From: Trichinella spiralis
Taxonomy: Eukaryota
Direction of reading: 5' to 3'
Assembly: GCF_000181795.1 (NCBI RefSeq)
Contig: NW_003526941.1
Coordinates: 6,311,422-6,375,421, forward strand
DNA: 64,000 bases
Part shown: positions 29,584 to 43,655 of the stretch, piece after piece
How the letters are laid out: each line of letters starts with the position of its first letter
How positions within the stretch are numbered: the stretch's first letter is position 1
Translations under genes and position numbers: made by a program
Notes under the pieces: generated by a model
Seen by the model: only the letters and a program-made list of their open reading frames with translations
What the model was told of the DNA's origin: nothing
Database searches by the model: none

Positions 29584-30348
29584 ATGACAGAAGACACTCT
29601 AACATTCCAATACGTGATCGAAAATATTCCAGGACCCGGGGCCGATGAGGATCTGTTCGAACACACACTACTCGGCTGCAATTGTCGATCGTATTGTCGT
29701 TCAAGTACGGGCTGTTCGTGCCAACCGTATGGTGAAAATTACAACGAGCAAAGTTTGCTAATCCAGGATCGTGTTCGTAGTCGTTTCGATCGTCCAGTGA
29801 TCGAATGCGGAGCTAATTGCACCTGCGGTCCTGGATGTGGGAATCGGGTGGTGCAAAACGGGATCAGTATACCTGTTGAAATATTCCACACCGACTCTGC
29901 CAAAGGCTACGGCCTGCGATGTTCGAGCGCCATACGAGAAGGCCAATTCGTTGTCACGTATGCCGGAGAAGTGATTGGCGTGGACGAGGGTCGTGATCGC
30001 CTGGCTGCTGCATACGGAGCCGAACAACCGTGCTTTTTGTTCACGTTGCGAGAGCAAGCAGAAAATTGCGCCTCGCCTTTGCTCACCTACATCGACGCGT
30101 CTTTTTACGGCAACATCGGTCGATTCGTGAACCATTCTTGCGAACCAAACCTGAACATCGTAGTCGTGCGTTACAGTACGTCAGTGCCGCACCTCGCCAT
30201 GTTCGCCAATCGAGACATCGTCGAATTCGAAGAGCTCTGCTATTCGTACGGCACGTTCCGATCTCAGTCAACGCAGGCGCGCAAAGTTTGCTTGTGTGGC
30301 ACAAGCAACTGTGTCGGCTATTTGCCGTACGATTTCTCCTACATTTGA
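29584..30348 (+). CDS. SETMAR/set-23-like histone-lysine N-methyltransferase (pre-SET, SET, post-SET; no transposase), intronless
   Basis: FQYVIENIPGPG, Cys-rich pre-SET (GCNC..C..C.C; IECGANCTCGPGCGNRVVQNG), KGYGLR, YAGEVI, GNIGRFVNHSCEPN, EELCYSYG, post-SET CLCGTSNCVGYLP. First ATG at 29584. Confidence 0.9.
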   Translation: MTEDTLTFQYVIENIPGPGADEDLFEHTLLGCNCRSYCRSSTGCSCQPYGENYNEQSLLIQDRVRSRFDRPVIECGANCTCGPGCGNRVVQNGISIPVEIFHTDSAKGYGLRCSSAIREGQFVVTYAGEVIGVDEGRDRLAAAYGAEQPCFLFTLREQAENCASPLLTYIDASFYGNIGRFVNHSCEPNLNIVVVRYSTSVPHLAMFANRDIVEFEELCYSYGTFRSQSTQARKVCLCGTSNCVGYLPYDFSYI

Positions 30349-30637
30349 TAAAATCCGTTGTCCGTTGTTATTTACTTTTTTTCTGCTTTATTATGCCAAT
30401 TACATAATTTCATTTGCAATTAATTGAAAGCACCGTCCATCTGAATGCGCTAAATGAGTAGTCAGTCGTTGACTTTTTTACAAGCAAACTAGATAAAAAT
30501 CAGATTAGAAAGCTACATTTAAATAAATGCACAAACACATCTTCAATAAACATCTTTCCTGCAACTGCCTGCATGACCACAATCTTTCTAAGCTCTCTGC
30601 AGAGATCATCATCAATCCATCATGCCCAAAGTTCAAT

Positions 30638-33115
30638 TTACAACTGGCTGTCCATCATCACCGTTGGAGGTGTAGCATTCAACCAAAGCCGATTGTCCGA
30701 TTGCCAAATGTTTTGCCGGTGTCGAATTAACGCTGCTGAACGATCTTTGCGGAGTCTACTATTACAAAGAATTGTTCTTTTTTGTTACAAACCAAAGTAA
30801 AAAAGAAAAATCTCATCATTGTAAGATCTCTTACTCATTGCGCACACAATCATTGCGATTAAGTTGAAACGCATCCGTATCCATTAACCATTCTTCTGTA
30901 TCTTCTCCACATTCCATCTGACAACAATAATCACAATAAATAAAAAATACAATACGATTTATTATTCAGTGCATACACTATTTTCGGCTTCACGTATCAC
31001 CTGTTTGACCACGAAATTTGCTGACGTGTTCCAACTGGAATCGTTGCTATCTATACGACGTTTCAACCATTTGCTATCGCATGATCTTCTTATCTACGAT
31101 AAAAAAAAAACAATAAATTTCACCACAATGCAAAAACTTCATTAACAACTGTATCGGTTCAGTTCAAACACATATATTGCATTAACTTGCTTTCCAATGT
31201 ACTGTAACAGTACTACGAGACTCAAAATCTATGTAACCGCTGCAACAGCATTTCTTCTGTCAACGTAAATTCAAAATTTCAAAGGAAACAACAATCATTA
31301 ATAAATATAACATTAATGAATCACTGATGAAACATAATTTCACATTTGATCAAAGCAGCGAAACAAAAAACATGAAAATAAAACTACGCATTTCCATTAC
31401 CTTTTGCAGTTCTTGTTGTATAGAAACAATTGCTGCAGAAGATGCCGTATTGTCGCTGATGATCTCAAATGAACTATCTGCAGTAGACAGCTTTTCCTCC
31501 ATACCTTTTAGCGATTCATCTCCTACTGATGAAGCGGCATTTGACAATTTCACATCACCACCTTTCCTAGCGACGGCAGAACTTTTTTCATTACTGCCCT
31601 CGTGTTTCAAAACTTCGGCAACTTCATTTGGCGATTGTTCATCTTCACCGACCTGGAAAACGATCGTTTACAACTGAAATTCAAAATGGAACCAAAAAGC
31701 AAAAGTGTGAATGATAATTATTTAATCAGCTAATCAGAAGAAGAAACAAAAGCAAAGATCTTTCAAAAAAAGTGATACCCCTCTCCCCCCCTCCCACCGT
31801 ACTCCGTAGCAAAAATAAAAAATATATCTTACTTTTTTAATGATAATTTCACTTTCACAGATTGTTGGCTCGCCTTCGGTACCGTGCTTGATATGATGAA
31901 GCCAGTTGTGAACGTGATCTTGTCTACGCTCATGCGACAACACAGAATGCGTTGTACATGAACTGTCTACCACGTCGACAAATTTCAGCTGCGGTTTGTT
32001 CGACTTTTCAGTAAAAGCTTTCAAAATAATATTATGCTTGTCCACCACTGGCTTGCTTCGGTGCACGATGATCTGTCGTCGTAAATGAACATCGTCATTC
32101 GTCGTTGCAAATAAATGCAAACTACCGTCAATAAATACAATATACCGTGTCCGATTTTGGGAAATCAGCACTTTGCAAAAGTGAATGCAACACATCGTCA
32201 TCTTCGTAATCTTCGAATTCACAAGGCAAACTGTCAGCTAGCTTTAAATTTGAAAGAAAGAAAAACAATCAGCAAATTGCGGCAAAATACGCCAACTAAG
32301 ATAACTAACTTTTGAATGTTTGCTCATTTTGATTTCACCGAACAGAAAAATTGACTTTCTCAAGCTATTGTGATTCGCATCGAATGACAAATTTGCGGTT
32401 TCGCAAGGCTCCAAATCAAGCAAAGAAAAGCTAAACAATAAAATGAATAAAAAAAAACAAATTAAAATTCATGCTACAAAAAATCCCTCAACGAACCCTG
32501 TCAGCATGTCGCTCACTTCTTGTACTTCGCTGTTTGACGTAGGCACTGTTGTTGTTGTTGTTGAATTCAATTCAGCAGCAGATACCAATTTCTTCAACCC
32601 ATCTTGATAAAGAGCTAAATTCTGACAAGCAGTAAATAAACTATTTTCTTCAAAGACGTACAATTAAACTTTTTTCTCAACAAGGATTAAATAAAGGATT
32701 AAATTTTGAAGGATTAAATAAAATTATTCCCTCACGATACTACTACTCTTTTCACGTTCGGTGATTTCCACCCTCATTAAACAGCACCAACCTAGGCTAG
32801 AGTTCAGCGATTGCTCTTGCAGTCCCAAGTAAAGATCCTTCGATGAAACAATCGCATCCAATTGTTCCAGCAACTGCTGCTCCCTTTGACGCAAATAACA
32901 TAACTGCTGCGAAAACGAACGACGAACTTCCTTTCTGATCTGAAATAAAAAAATGAAAACCAACAATACGACTGTTGAAATTTTAATATATCAACAATAA
33001 AATAACAAACCGCTTCTGAATTGCTCTTCACATTCTGTTTAATAAAAGCAATCTTCGACAGCGTGTGCTCGACCGAGTTAATTCGCTGACGCAACTGATT
33101 TTCCAAATTTTTCAT
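30638..33115 (-). CDS. NCOA4: NCOA4/ARA70-like protein, multi-exon
   Basis: N-terminal coiled coil IRKEVRRSFSQQLCYLRQREQQLLEQLDAIVSSK..LQEQSLNSSLG and LLDLEPCETANLSFDANHNSLRKSIFLFGEIK match the ARA70 blocks of human NCOA4 (ISRHLECLRSREVWLYEQVD; LTLKPEDSTVLLFEAD..LRQTITTFGSLK). The last exons (31093-31001, 30917-30835, 30758-30638) splice in frame to TAA at 30638-30640. Confidence 0.8.
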
Positions 33116-36100
33116 TCGACTATTAAAAATAATTAACTTTAATAATTTATGAATTTCATAAATTAACAAAAATTCACATAAATAAAATAATCAAGAAATA
33201 CCAGACGATAAAATTGTATCAAGTAAACACAGTAACGCTATTACGTTACAGTACTTATCAATTTTCAGGATTAATTAAAATACTGTATCAAAGTAAATTC
33301 AATGGCAGATGCTTCGAGCAGAGAAATTATTAAGTGAAAAATGACATTATAAAATGTAAAAAACATCTAATTCATAAAAAGACAAGAATAACATAACGTT
33401 TTGCAAACGTAATTACGTAAATTTTACAATTAGATATAGTCCCTTCGAGAAAAAAATTTACAAAGAAAAGTGTTCTACGTATTAATTTGAAATGGTTAAT
33501 TCATTTCCATTCAATCAAGGCAACTGCATATTTTATATAAAAACTTGCAAAAGAAAAAAAAAGAAAATCAATTTCAACGGAGAAACATTAACATCACAGT
33601 TAATGAAAGTGTTCTTGCAGACTGACAACCGCAACACACAGTGTATGAGGAAAATTACTCAACAAAGCCAACTGATTCACTTGAATAGTAATTAAAATTA
33701 TATAAATAGCACAAATGTGTTGAGGATATTTTAAAAAGACCAGTTGGAAAGTTATAGACAATATTGTTCCGTTGCTAGACAAATTGAGAACCTCCGCAGT
33801 TTACGACCAAAGTGGACAATAGGATGGATGGTTCAATTTTCTTTAATTGAGTAAGCATTAAAAATGACAATCTTCATTGCATATTGCATTTGTGCATTAC
33901 GTTTCTGAAGGTAAGTATTTAATTTAATAAAATTCTTATAGCCTGCAGCAACCTACTCGGTTTTTCAAGCACAGAAATAAGCAAATCAAACATTTCTCGT
34001 ATACCAAATCTTACAATGATCAATCTTTTTTGACATTTTATACGCTGCATATTACGTCATTTTGAACAGTCAACAACAGTCAGATAATAATTCATCTACA
34101 ATTATCGTTATTATAATTAAAAAATTGTAACAAAATTTGATCAAACAGAAAACACCATTATCAAACAAATAAAAATTCTGATAAAATCAACAACTAAAAT
34201 AGCAATAATAATTTCTCATTATTCTCATTGAAAACTGTTAAGTTAAAAACTTATTTATAATAACCAAATTTTTATAAAAGATATTTCCCAGAGGTCCAGT
34301 AGTAGTTCAGTTCAATGATCCCAATTTCAATATTCATATTCGATGAACACAAATTTTTCTAAATGACTTCCACTGACGTATTGACTGCTTTTCAGTTGAC
34401 ATTTCAGAATTCCATTTTAAATGCTATTTTGAATAATAATTCATATTTTTAAACTAAAATATTTTTAATATCAGGAAAATATTTGAAAAGTAAAAGGAAA
34501 TAAATAAATTTTCCCATTTTCTCAAGCAAACGGTAATTGATCTTTACAAGAACATGGCCAAATAGTAATTATGCAAATTTTTCGATCTGTCAAAATCTTT
34601 CTTTCATTGATCAGTTTCAAAAATTTGTAAATATCATTTAAATTTATACAAAGTAAATTGATTATAATTTGAAAACCCTAAACTTAAACGATTATAAAAA
34701 CGAGGTAAACACTAATTTTGCAAGAATTCATCCAATACCTTCAGCAGATTTAAATTAAGGTCAAAATGTTTTAAGAAAAATGCTTCTGGCAATCAGCTTG
34801 ACTTATACGCGTCAAAGTTACTGACAGCAAGACAGTCTAGAACATTCCCAACGCTACTGTAAACCGGTCCCAATGAATCCCACAAGTGAACATCATTTTC
34901 CGACCATCAACAAAAAGGGAGCGGCCTTAGCCAGTGGATTAATAAATTTCCACAAAAAAGAAGAAAAAATACAAACAAACATATATACATACATACGTAT
35001 ATATATGTATACACATATATACGTACGTACATGCCTGCCTGCAGGCATTCATACTTATATAAATTGTCGTACGAATGGGCAAATAAAATCATACTTGAAT
35101 GCAAACTGTTTTCAAAGAGACATTTATTTTTTGCGTTGCACTATGAACCGAAGACAAAAAATGACCAATCATCAACAATTATAAAGCCGATAGTGTAAAT
35201 GGTGGGCGTTGTCAATAATTAGGTTTCGCGTAAGGTGGTTTAAAAGCAGCCAATCGACGACCCAATGGCCCAGAACATACAGAGAGCACAAGCTGCCTCA
35301 ACCTGTTCACTAACAACGCTGTAGCCTGTTTGTCGCCAAAAGGTAATCAATTTTTAATATTCATTTTTTGTTGTTTATTTTGCAAAATAATGTTTCAATA
35401 GAAATAAAAATTATTTTAAATAATAAATATTTGACTGACTGACAATATTAATCATAATAAGATAATTAGCAGAGTGATAGATTCAAATAAAACAATAATT
35501 TTCAAGATTAAACTATTCTATTCTCTTCGTATAAACTGTTCTTCAAAAAAGTTAACTCATTATTTAATAATGTCAGAATTTGACTTACTTGATCGTCTTC
35601 TCTAAAGTTAAAATAGCAGTTAAAAAAAGGAATTTATTCGTTATTGGTTTACAATCACAGAGGCAACAACAAGATTACAATCATTTTATACGATGTAATT
35701 TTGACATTTCCTTCTTCATTTCAAACAGCAGATACAATCACCATCTTCTGCACAAGAATATACTTCAGCTTTTTCTTTTCACTAATATAATAAATGTTAA
35801 ATCTTAACTAATGGAACTTAAATTAAAAGCACAACTTCAGCTGCTAAATAAATCAGTGCAATCATAAAAACACCAGTGTGAATCGTCACTCACAGCTAGG
35901 CTAGAATTATGGCTTTTTTTTCTTTTGATAATAATTTGCTTTACAAAATAACTATCATCTTTAATTAATTAACTTTTTTCTTCGAACGCACATGCATCAT
36001 CCACGTACATTCTTCAAAAGAAGAGAATATGTGAATTTCTAGATGGGTAAAAGCTTCAATGGAAAATTAGCTTTGAAAAAATCTGACCTTTTGCAAAACG

Positions 36101-36444
36101 AAAAACAGCCCCAAAACGTCCATTCGCCCTATTCTAATAAATCATTTACAATTTTTCAATTTAGATTATTTGAAAACATTCAATCAAACAACGAAACAGT
36201 TGCTTAACTGCATTGCAATGCAATTTACGCTGACCAGCTAAAAATTTATAACACCTAACGTGAACTGTAAATCAACAATTAATTAATTAATTAATTAAAT
36301 TTTATAATTAAATAAGCGCTTGTTAAAAAAAAAGAGAATAGACAATGTATGTATTGAAATAATCAAAATGAATTTGATTATTATTTCAGCTGTTTCAGTT
36401 AAGTGGAGAAAAGAAGAGATAAAAATCTACTAGTGCAATAAAAG

Positions 36445-36825
36445 ATGCATCATAAGTCAGCAGTAGCAGTAGCAGTAGCAGTGTTGTTATTGTGTTTGGG
36501 CAACAACGCCTTCGGAGCGTCTCTGTTCGACAACGACGATGTGCCGTTGGAAATACAACCGTGGGAATTGCAAGGCTGTGAAATATACCGAGATGAGAAA
36601 TTGCATGCAGTGGTGGACGAGATTTGTTTGCGCTGCCATGAAATGTTTAGTCACGATTTTCCAGACCTACGAGCTGACTGTCGAGCGAATTGCTTCAAAA
36701 ACGTTCGATTTACAACATGCCTGAGTCTTTTTCGACCCGTATTAAATACTGATTTGGAACGATATTTAGACACAGGTTCCAGTGGCAGCCATTTTCATCA
36801 AATGGATGATCATCAATTTAGTTAA
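36445..36825 (+). CDS. CHH/MIH/ITP-family neuropeptide precursor
   Basis: Hydrophobic signal peptide, then the six-Cys pattern C-EIYRDEKLHAVVDEI-C-LR-C-HEMF..LRAD-C-RAN-C-FKNVRFTT-C-L typical of the crustacean hyperglycaemic hormone / ion transport peptide family. Acceptor atttcag at ~36389 and a donor at ~35343 suggest a 5' UTR exon. Confidence 0.88.
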   Translation: MHHKSAVAVAVAVLLLCLGNNAFGASLFDNDDVPLEIQPWELQGCEIYRDEKLHAVVDEICLRCHEMFSHDFPDLRADCRANCFKNVRFTTCLSLFRPVLNTDLERYLDTGSSGSHFHQMDDHQFS

Positions 36826-39094
36826 ATTGAAAATTTTAAAGCAAATGAAAAAAACAAAGCAAAACACCTAAAACTTGAAAACAAGCTTGCAGTAAGCTTG
36901 GCCAGCATTGGAACGGAAGATGTATAAACTGTCGCCAATAAAATCGTGAAATCAACCGCTGTCCAATTGCACTACTGTTAGTCTAATGTCCAAGTAAAGC
37001 TATCTATCCTATATGCGCACTATTAACAAAATTTTCAATGCATCTATTGTTTAGTTTTCATTTTTACAAATACCAAACATAATTAATAGCATGTACAAAT
37101 GCTATCCGCATCCTTCATAAAAAACCTTATTCAAAACACTGAAATATTAAAATTCAAAACAATTCAAAGCATTGGATTTCGCTTCATAATGTAGTAATTA
37201 AGTTTTAATCACAAACGCATCATACTAATCAAAAAAATAGTTCACAAAATATGCACATCAGTTTTGACGCCAATCTATAGTAATACGAAAATGGAAATTG
37301 AATATGAAATGTTTTTAACTTTTATCGCTTAAAAAATTTTTTATACTGAATTTGCAGAATGACAAAAATTGAAAACCTAATAATCACTAATGTTGTACAG
37401 TATCTTAGCCGCTTAATTATACTGAAAACTGCAGCATTATCAATTCTCAGAAATGATTATACCAGCGTATGATATAATTGGCTGACAATAAAATATAATA
37501 ATTTCCATTGCTATTTTTTTTAATTTTTAATTATTACGAAATTTATGGTGTGAACACCCCAAAAGCATTAAATACGACTAAATTTGTGAATTTAAATACT
37601 TTTGCTAATTATTCATTTTGTTAAATTTAAATTAATTTGAAAACATATGAAAAAAACAGTAAAAAACAGCGAATATACGAAATAATAACTTTTTTTGAAA
37701 TAAGTTTAGTTTACATAAACAACAAAATATACAAACACAGATGCTGTACATTACGAAATGATTTAAAACTGTATTATAGAAACGATGACATCTTAAACTA
37801 TAAATTGGTTTTATAGTTCAAAAAAATCATAAATTTGTAATAGATAAAAGTCAGCTATAAAGTAAAAACTTCTATTGTTCAGTGTTCTCTTTTCTTTCTC
37901 TCGTCCCCTACTTTGATACGTTTACAAGCATTTTCTGGTGTATCATGATTTAAATAATAAAAGCTCATAAAAGAACAAACAAAAAATATAGTTTTCATGA
38001 ATCATTTTGGACAAAGGAAGCAATAAATAGAATAATACACAAGCATTGGCTTGAATAGCGCAAACTGAATAGCAACTGTTATAAAAATGCATCGTTGAAA
38101 GAAATCACTGCATAAATAAAAACAAACATTTCTGAATAAATTGGTCCAAGTTAACTTTAACGTCACAGTAAAATAGCAAGTTAATCTGTTTGTTCGTTTA
38201 ATCGGTTTATATTTTAAACTTTAAACAATCACAATAAATAATAAAATTATTTGATAAGTTTGTTATTCATACTTTCTGTACAAACAATTAATTTTAAAAT
38301 AAAAGACTTTGCAATGGATTGCTAACATAATTGAAAATTATATACTGCTCTGTTAAATTGTTAAACTGATGAGTACACAAAAAATTTGCATACTTTAACC
38401 TATTAACTAACGGTTACTGAGACAATTAAAGTATGCTTCCAATTAATATGAAGAATAAATGTTCCGACCACAGACTAAAAATGCAGAGAGAATCAACGAC
38501 GACCATTGCCAGTTGAACTTTAAATTAAAATGCTTTTTTGTTTGATGATGAAGATTGAATCAAAGTATATGAATGAACGAAATTTTACAATCAACACTGA
38601 CACAGATAGATACTGTAATATTATTTTTACTCTGTTATTATATATACTAGAAGTTATGTGCTCGCCTAGCAATATGTTATACTTCGAAAGGTGAAAGCTA
38701 GAAACTAAACTATAATAAAGAACATGATAAACATCTCAAGCAGACGATTTATTGTTGTCTGAAAAGAAATGAATAAACAATCGTAAAAATCAATCAAATC
38801 TTTACTCACCGTGGTGAAGTTTCTGTTTTCGATTTGGAGCAGCTAAGACGGAAAAGCGAACGAAAAGCGTAGTCGAAAATTCCATTCTTCTTCCCACAGA
38901 GAAGGTGATTGGTGGGGAATGAAAACAGCGGCCAAAGCCAAGTAAAATATTGCACTGTATACTGAAAATATTATATCAAGTATATTAATCAATCAATCAG
39001 ATAAGAATAACGTCGACCATGAACGGCATAAACAAATAAAGATAAGCTGAAGAACCAAATTGCACGTCGATTTTATTCTAACAAATGTAAACAA

Positions 39095-39141
39095 ACATTT
39101 ATGCAAATACATATATATTATATATGTATTTGCATAAATGT
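39095..39141. repeat. Perfect inverted repeat (23 bp arms, 1 nt spacer) with an octamer in each arm
   Basis: acatttatgcaaatacatatata-t-tatatatgtatttgcataaatgt. Confidence 0.95.
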
Positions 39142-39815
39142 GTATATATATATATATTCGATGCTAACAAAGTTTGAAACAATTATAAGAAAATGAAATT
39201 AAAAAAACAGCATCCTGAATGAATAAATAAATGTTTAGCAGATTCTATCTATTTCTCCAAATAAATAATTGGTAAAATATGGTGGCAAAACAGAAAGGAA
39301 TTTCGATTACTAAAAATAAAGTTGCTAATAATTTTCCTCGAATATGATGATAATTTATCAAAAAGCAACTGCTAAAAGTTGAACGTGAAGAATGCTTTCA
39401 ATTTTCCGCAAGTGAATGGATTTGAATTTCTTCTTTTAATTTATAATAAACAACATGCAGGAAATGCTTTCATCTGAAATATACTTCCAAAATGTATTTT
39501 ACGTAATTAGAATATGGAAAAAAAACTCATTTTGAAAAGGAAGAGAAGAAGCCAAAAAAAAAGTAATAATGCTCAATGAAGCAATCAGGCAGAGATCCGT
39601 TTGCTATTGACAAATGAACTTTGGATCCACAATAAATCATTCGGTGCAAAGTTTGCTCAGTTGACAAGAAGTGCAGCCATTGGTCGACGCTGAAAATAAT
39701 GCGACAAGGCGAATCAAGAGCAGCCAGCAAGCGGTTGGCTATATATTTAACGACTCTGCTTAGCATCAAAAACTAGCACACTTGTAAGCTGAGCAACTTC
39801 ACTGTTGAAGGGAAA

Positions 39816-41429
<1,614 letters not shown>

Positions 41430-41576
41430 AATTCTTCATTTGACATTAAATTCTTAGTACATAGCCTGTCTCAACAGTTTGAATGTTTATTAAGGCAACT
41501 GTTGCCTGTATCCGCATGCCCTCGTAAATCAAGTACTGAAGTAAATAACGTTTTAGCGAAATACTGGAATAAAAAT

Positions 41577-43655
41577 TCATTCATAACGAATACGAAGTTC
41601 TCCGTTTTTGTGCTCAATCAACGGATTTTGACGTGGCATTTGCATTAGACATTCAATTGATTTCGTACACAATCTATTAGAAGCATTCACATCCTCGTGC
41701 CTATTTCTGCCAATGCGTATTTTCACTTCGTGAATGAAAACATTAGAAATCGTGGCTATCCATCTTTCCGCCATGCCAACATCTTTTACTCGATGTTCCC
41801 TGTAGCACAACTTATACTGCTTACAAGCAGTATGCATCGAACGTAGCGGCTCATCTCTCCACTTTGAAGAGCAGTGGTGCAAAAAATGATCTTTCAAACG
41901 TAACAACGCTTTCGATAATGACATCAAACGCCAAACTTGAGGACTTTCCAACAGCTGGTTTGGCCCTCTGGCAGTATACAATTCATAACCGCCTCCAATG
42001 CGGCGCACTTCCAACACTTCTCTGCTTAAAATATCAGCAGCTGTACTACAAGCGTCCATCTTTGCTTGAAGCTCATCAGCCCAATAAAGTTGCGTAACTA
42101 CAACTACGTCGTCAACCTGAAAATTTCAAACTTAAAATACAATGTCTAAAATAAATAATAAAAAACAAAAATAAATAGAATATAAAATGATTTGCTAACC
42201 ATCAGGGTACACATGGTGCCAGTGAGATATACTCGCCATATACATTTCACAATATTGCACACTCTGTTGAACTTCTGCATTGGATTACCGTCAGATGTTA
42301 AAATGCTGAGCTGAGCTCTGAGTGAGTACAGCATCGACTGTTTGGCACAGATCGCAGGTTCCTGCCACTTTGAATAGCCAGGTGGACCCTGTTTGTATTC
42401 ACCACCATAATCTGTTCGGCTTCTCTTAGTTGGAGGACCTGAAACTGTAACATCGATCACTCTTCATGTAACACGTAAAAAATGTCACAGAATAAATAAA
42501 TGCTATAAAGAGCATCATAATATGGATGTACAAAAAACGAAACAATATAAATCATTAGTGAAATTTAGAAAATCTAACAGAAAGCATTCGACGAAGTTGC
42601 TTTGATCAGTTCTCTAGCATTCGGTTTCCTTATTACAAATTTCTAAAAACTTCAGCAATTTTTTTGCTAATATGCATAATTAACAAAAAACATGCATACA
42701 ACTCAAATTAAATCAAATTAGGAAATGTTAAATTATGACTCAGAATCACACAAAAATTCATTTTGAGAACATTCTCGTCCTGCTGCTCCTTTTATCTAGC
42801 TACAGCTAATCCTTTATCTAGTAATAAATAAAAATACATTAAAAAGATTAGTGTCTATATACAAAAATGCACATGCAAAAAAGTTTAATCAACTTGGAGT
42901 ACTGTATCTTGATAGCTTTATAACCAGCACGTTAAAAAATTATAACCAATTTTAATGCTTTTTTCTAAAATCTGCTTCGTTTCTTTCAATTGCGAAAAAT
43001 GCGCATTTTTAAATCTTCCTTAAGAAAAATAACCGTTCTGACCGGGAGAAATAATACACTATAAGTGTACAGTAAGCATTACTTTTTCTCTTGAGGGCTT
43101 ATTTACATTTTAATTACTCTTTCATTTATATTTGATACATTATTAAACATTCATTAATTAAAAATGTAAAAATCAGATTTCGAAAACAAATAATGTAAAA
43201 TGATATACGCTCAAACAGATGCGCATTTCGTGAGATAATTACTTCTATTTAAAAGTACAACACACAACGCGAGTAAAACATAAAACAATTACAACAAGAA
43301 AACAAGAAATAATTACTAGAATCATCTTCATTCTTTTTAGGCTTCAAAAGTTCTTCGGCTTCTTGCTGAATAGGTTTACGGTACTGATCGACCAAGTTTC
43401 CTGCCATTTTCATCACTTCTTCAGTCAACTTAGAATCGTAGCTGAAAAAATGGCTTAGAACTTTTAATGTGCAAATATTTCCAAAAGTTACCCTGCACCA
43501 AGTACAACAATGTTCACAAGCACATTTGACAGACAAATCAATCGACTTTTCATCATTTTGCGGCGGTTGCGCATAATGAACTGTTTTCTCAAATTCCACA
43601 TACGATCATTTTCCCAAGGTCGACGTAAATCATTGACATTCAATTTGTTTTCCAT
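41577..43655 (-). CDS. XTBD (XRN2-binding domain) protein of the PAXT-1/CDKN2AIP/NKRF type; middle exons unresolved
   Basis: Exons 43655-43492 and 43441-43317 give MENKLNVNDLRRPWENDRMWNLRKQFIMRN..KSRLICLSNVLVNIVVLGAGYDSKLTEEVMKMAGNLVDQYR, matching XTBD (R..E....W.LR..F......RL.CLS....N...LG..Y.......V..MA). Downstream coding exons (~42460-42199, 42116-41577) are assumed to belong to the same gene. Confidence 0.75.

Noticed and set aside
29584..30348. SETMAR mariner transposase fusion or mobile element
   Set aside because: The ORF stops right after the post-SET motif; no DDD transposase or terminal inverted repeats seen.
43249..43599. ORF-track protein MEFEKTVHYAQ...
   Set aside because: Reads through an intron; its 5' half is the wrong frame of the XTBD exon.
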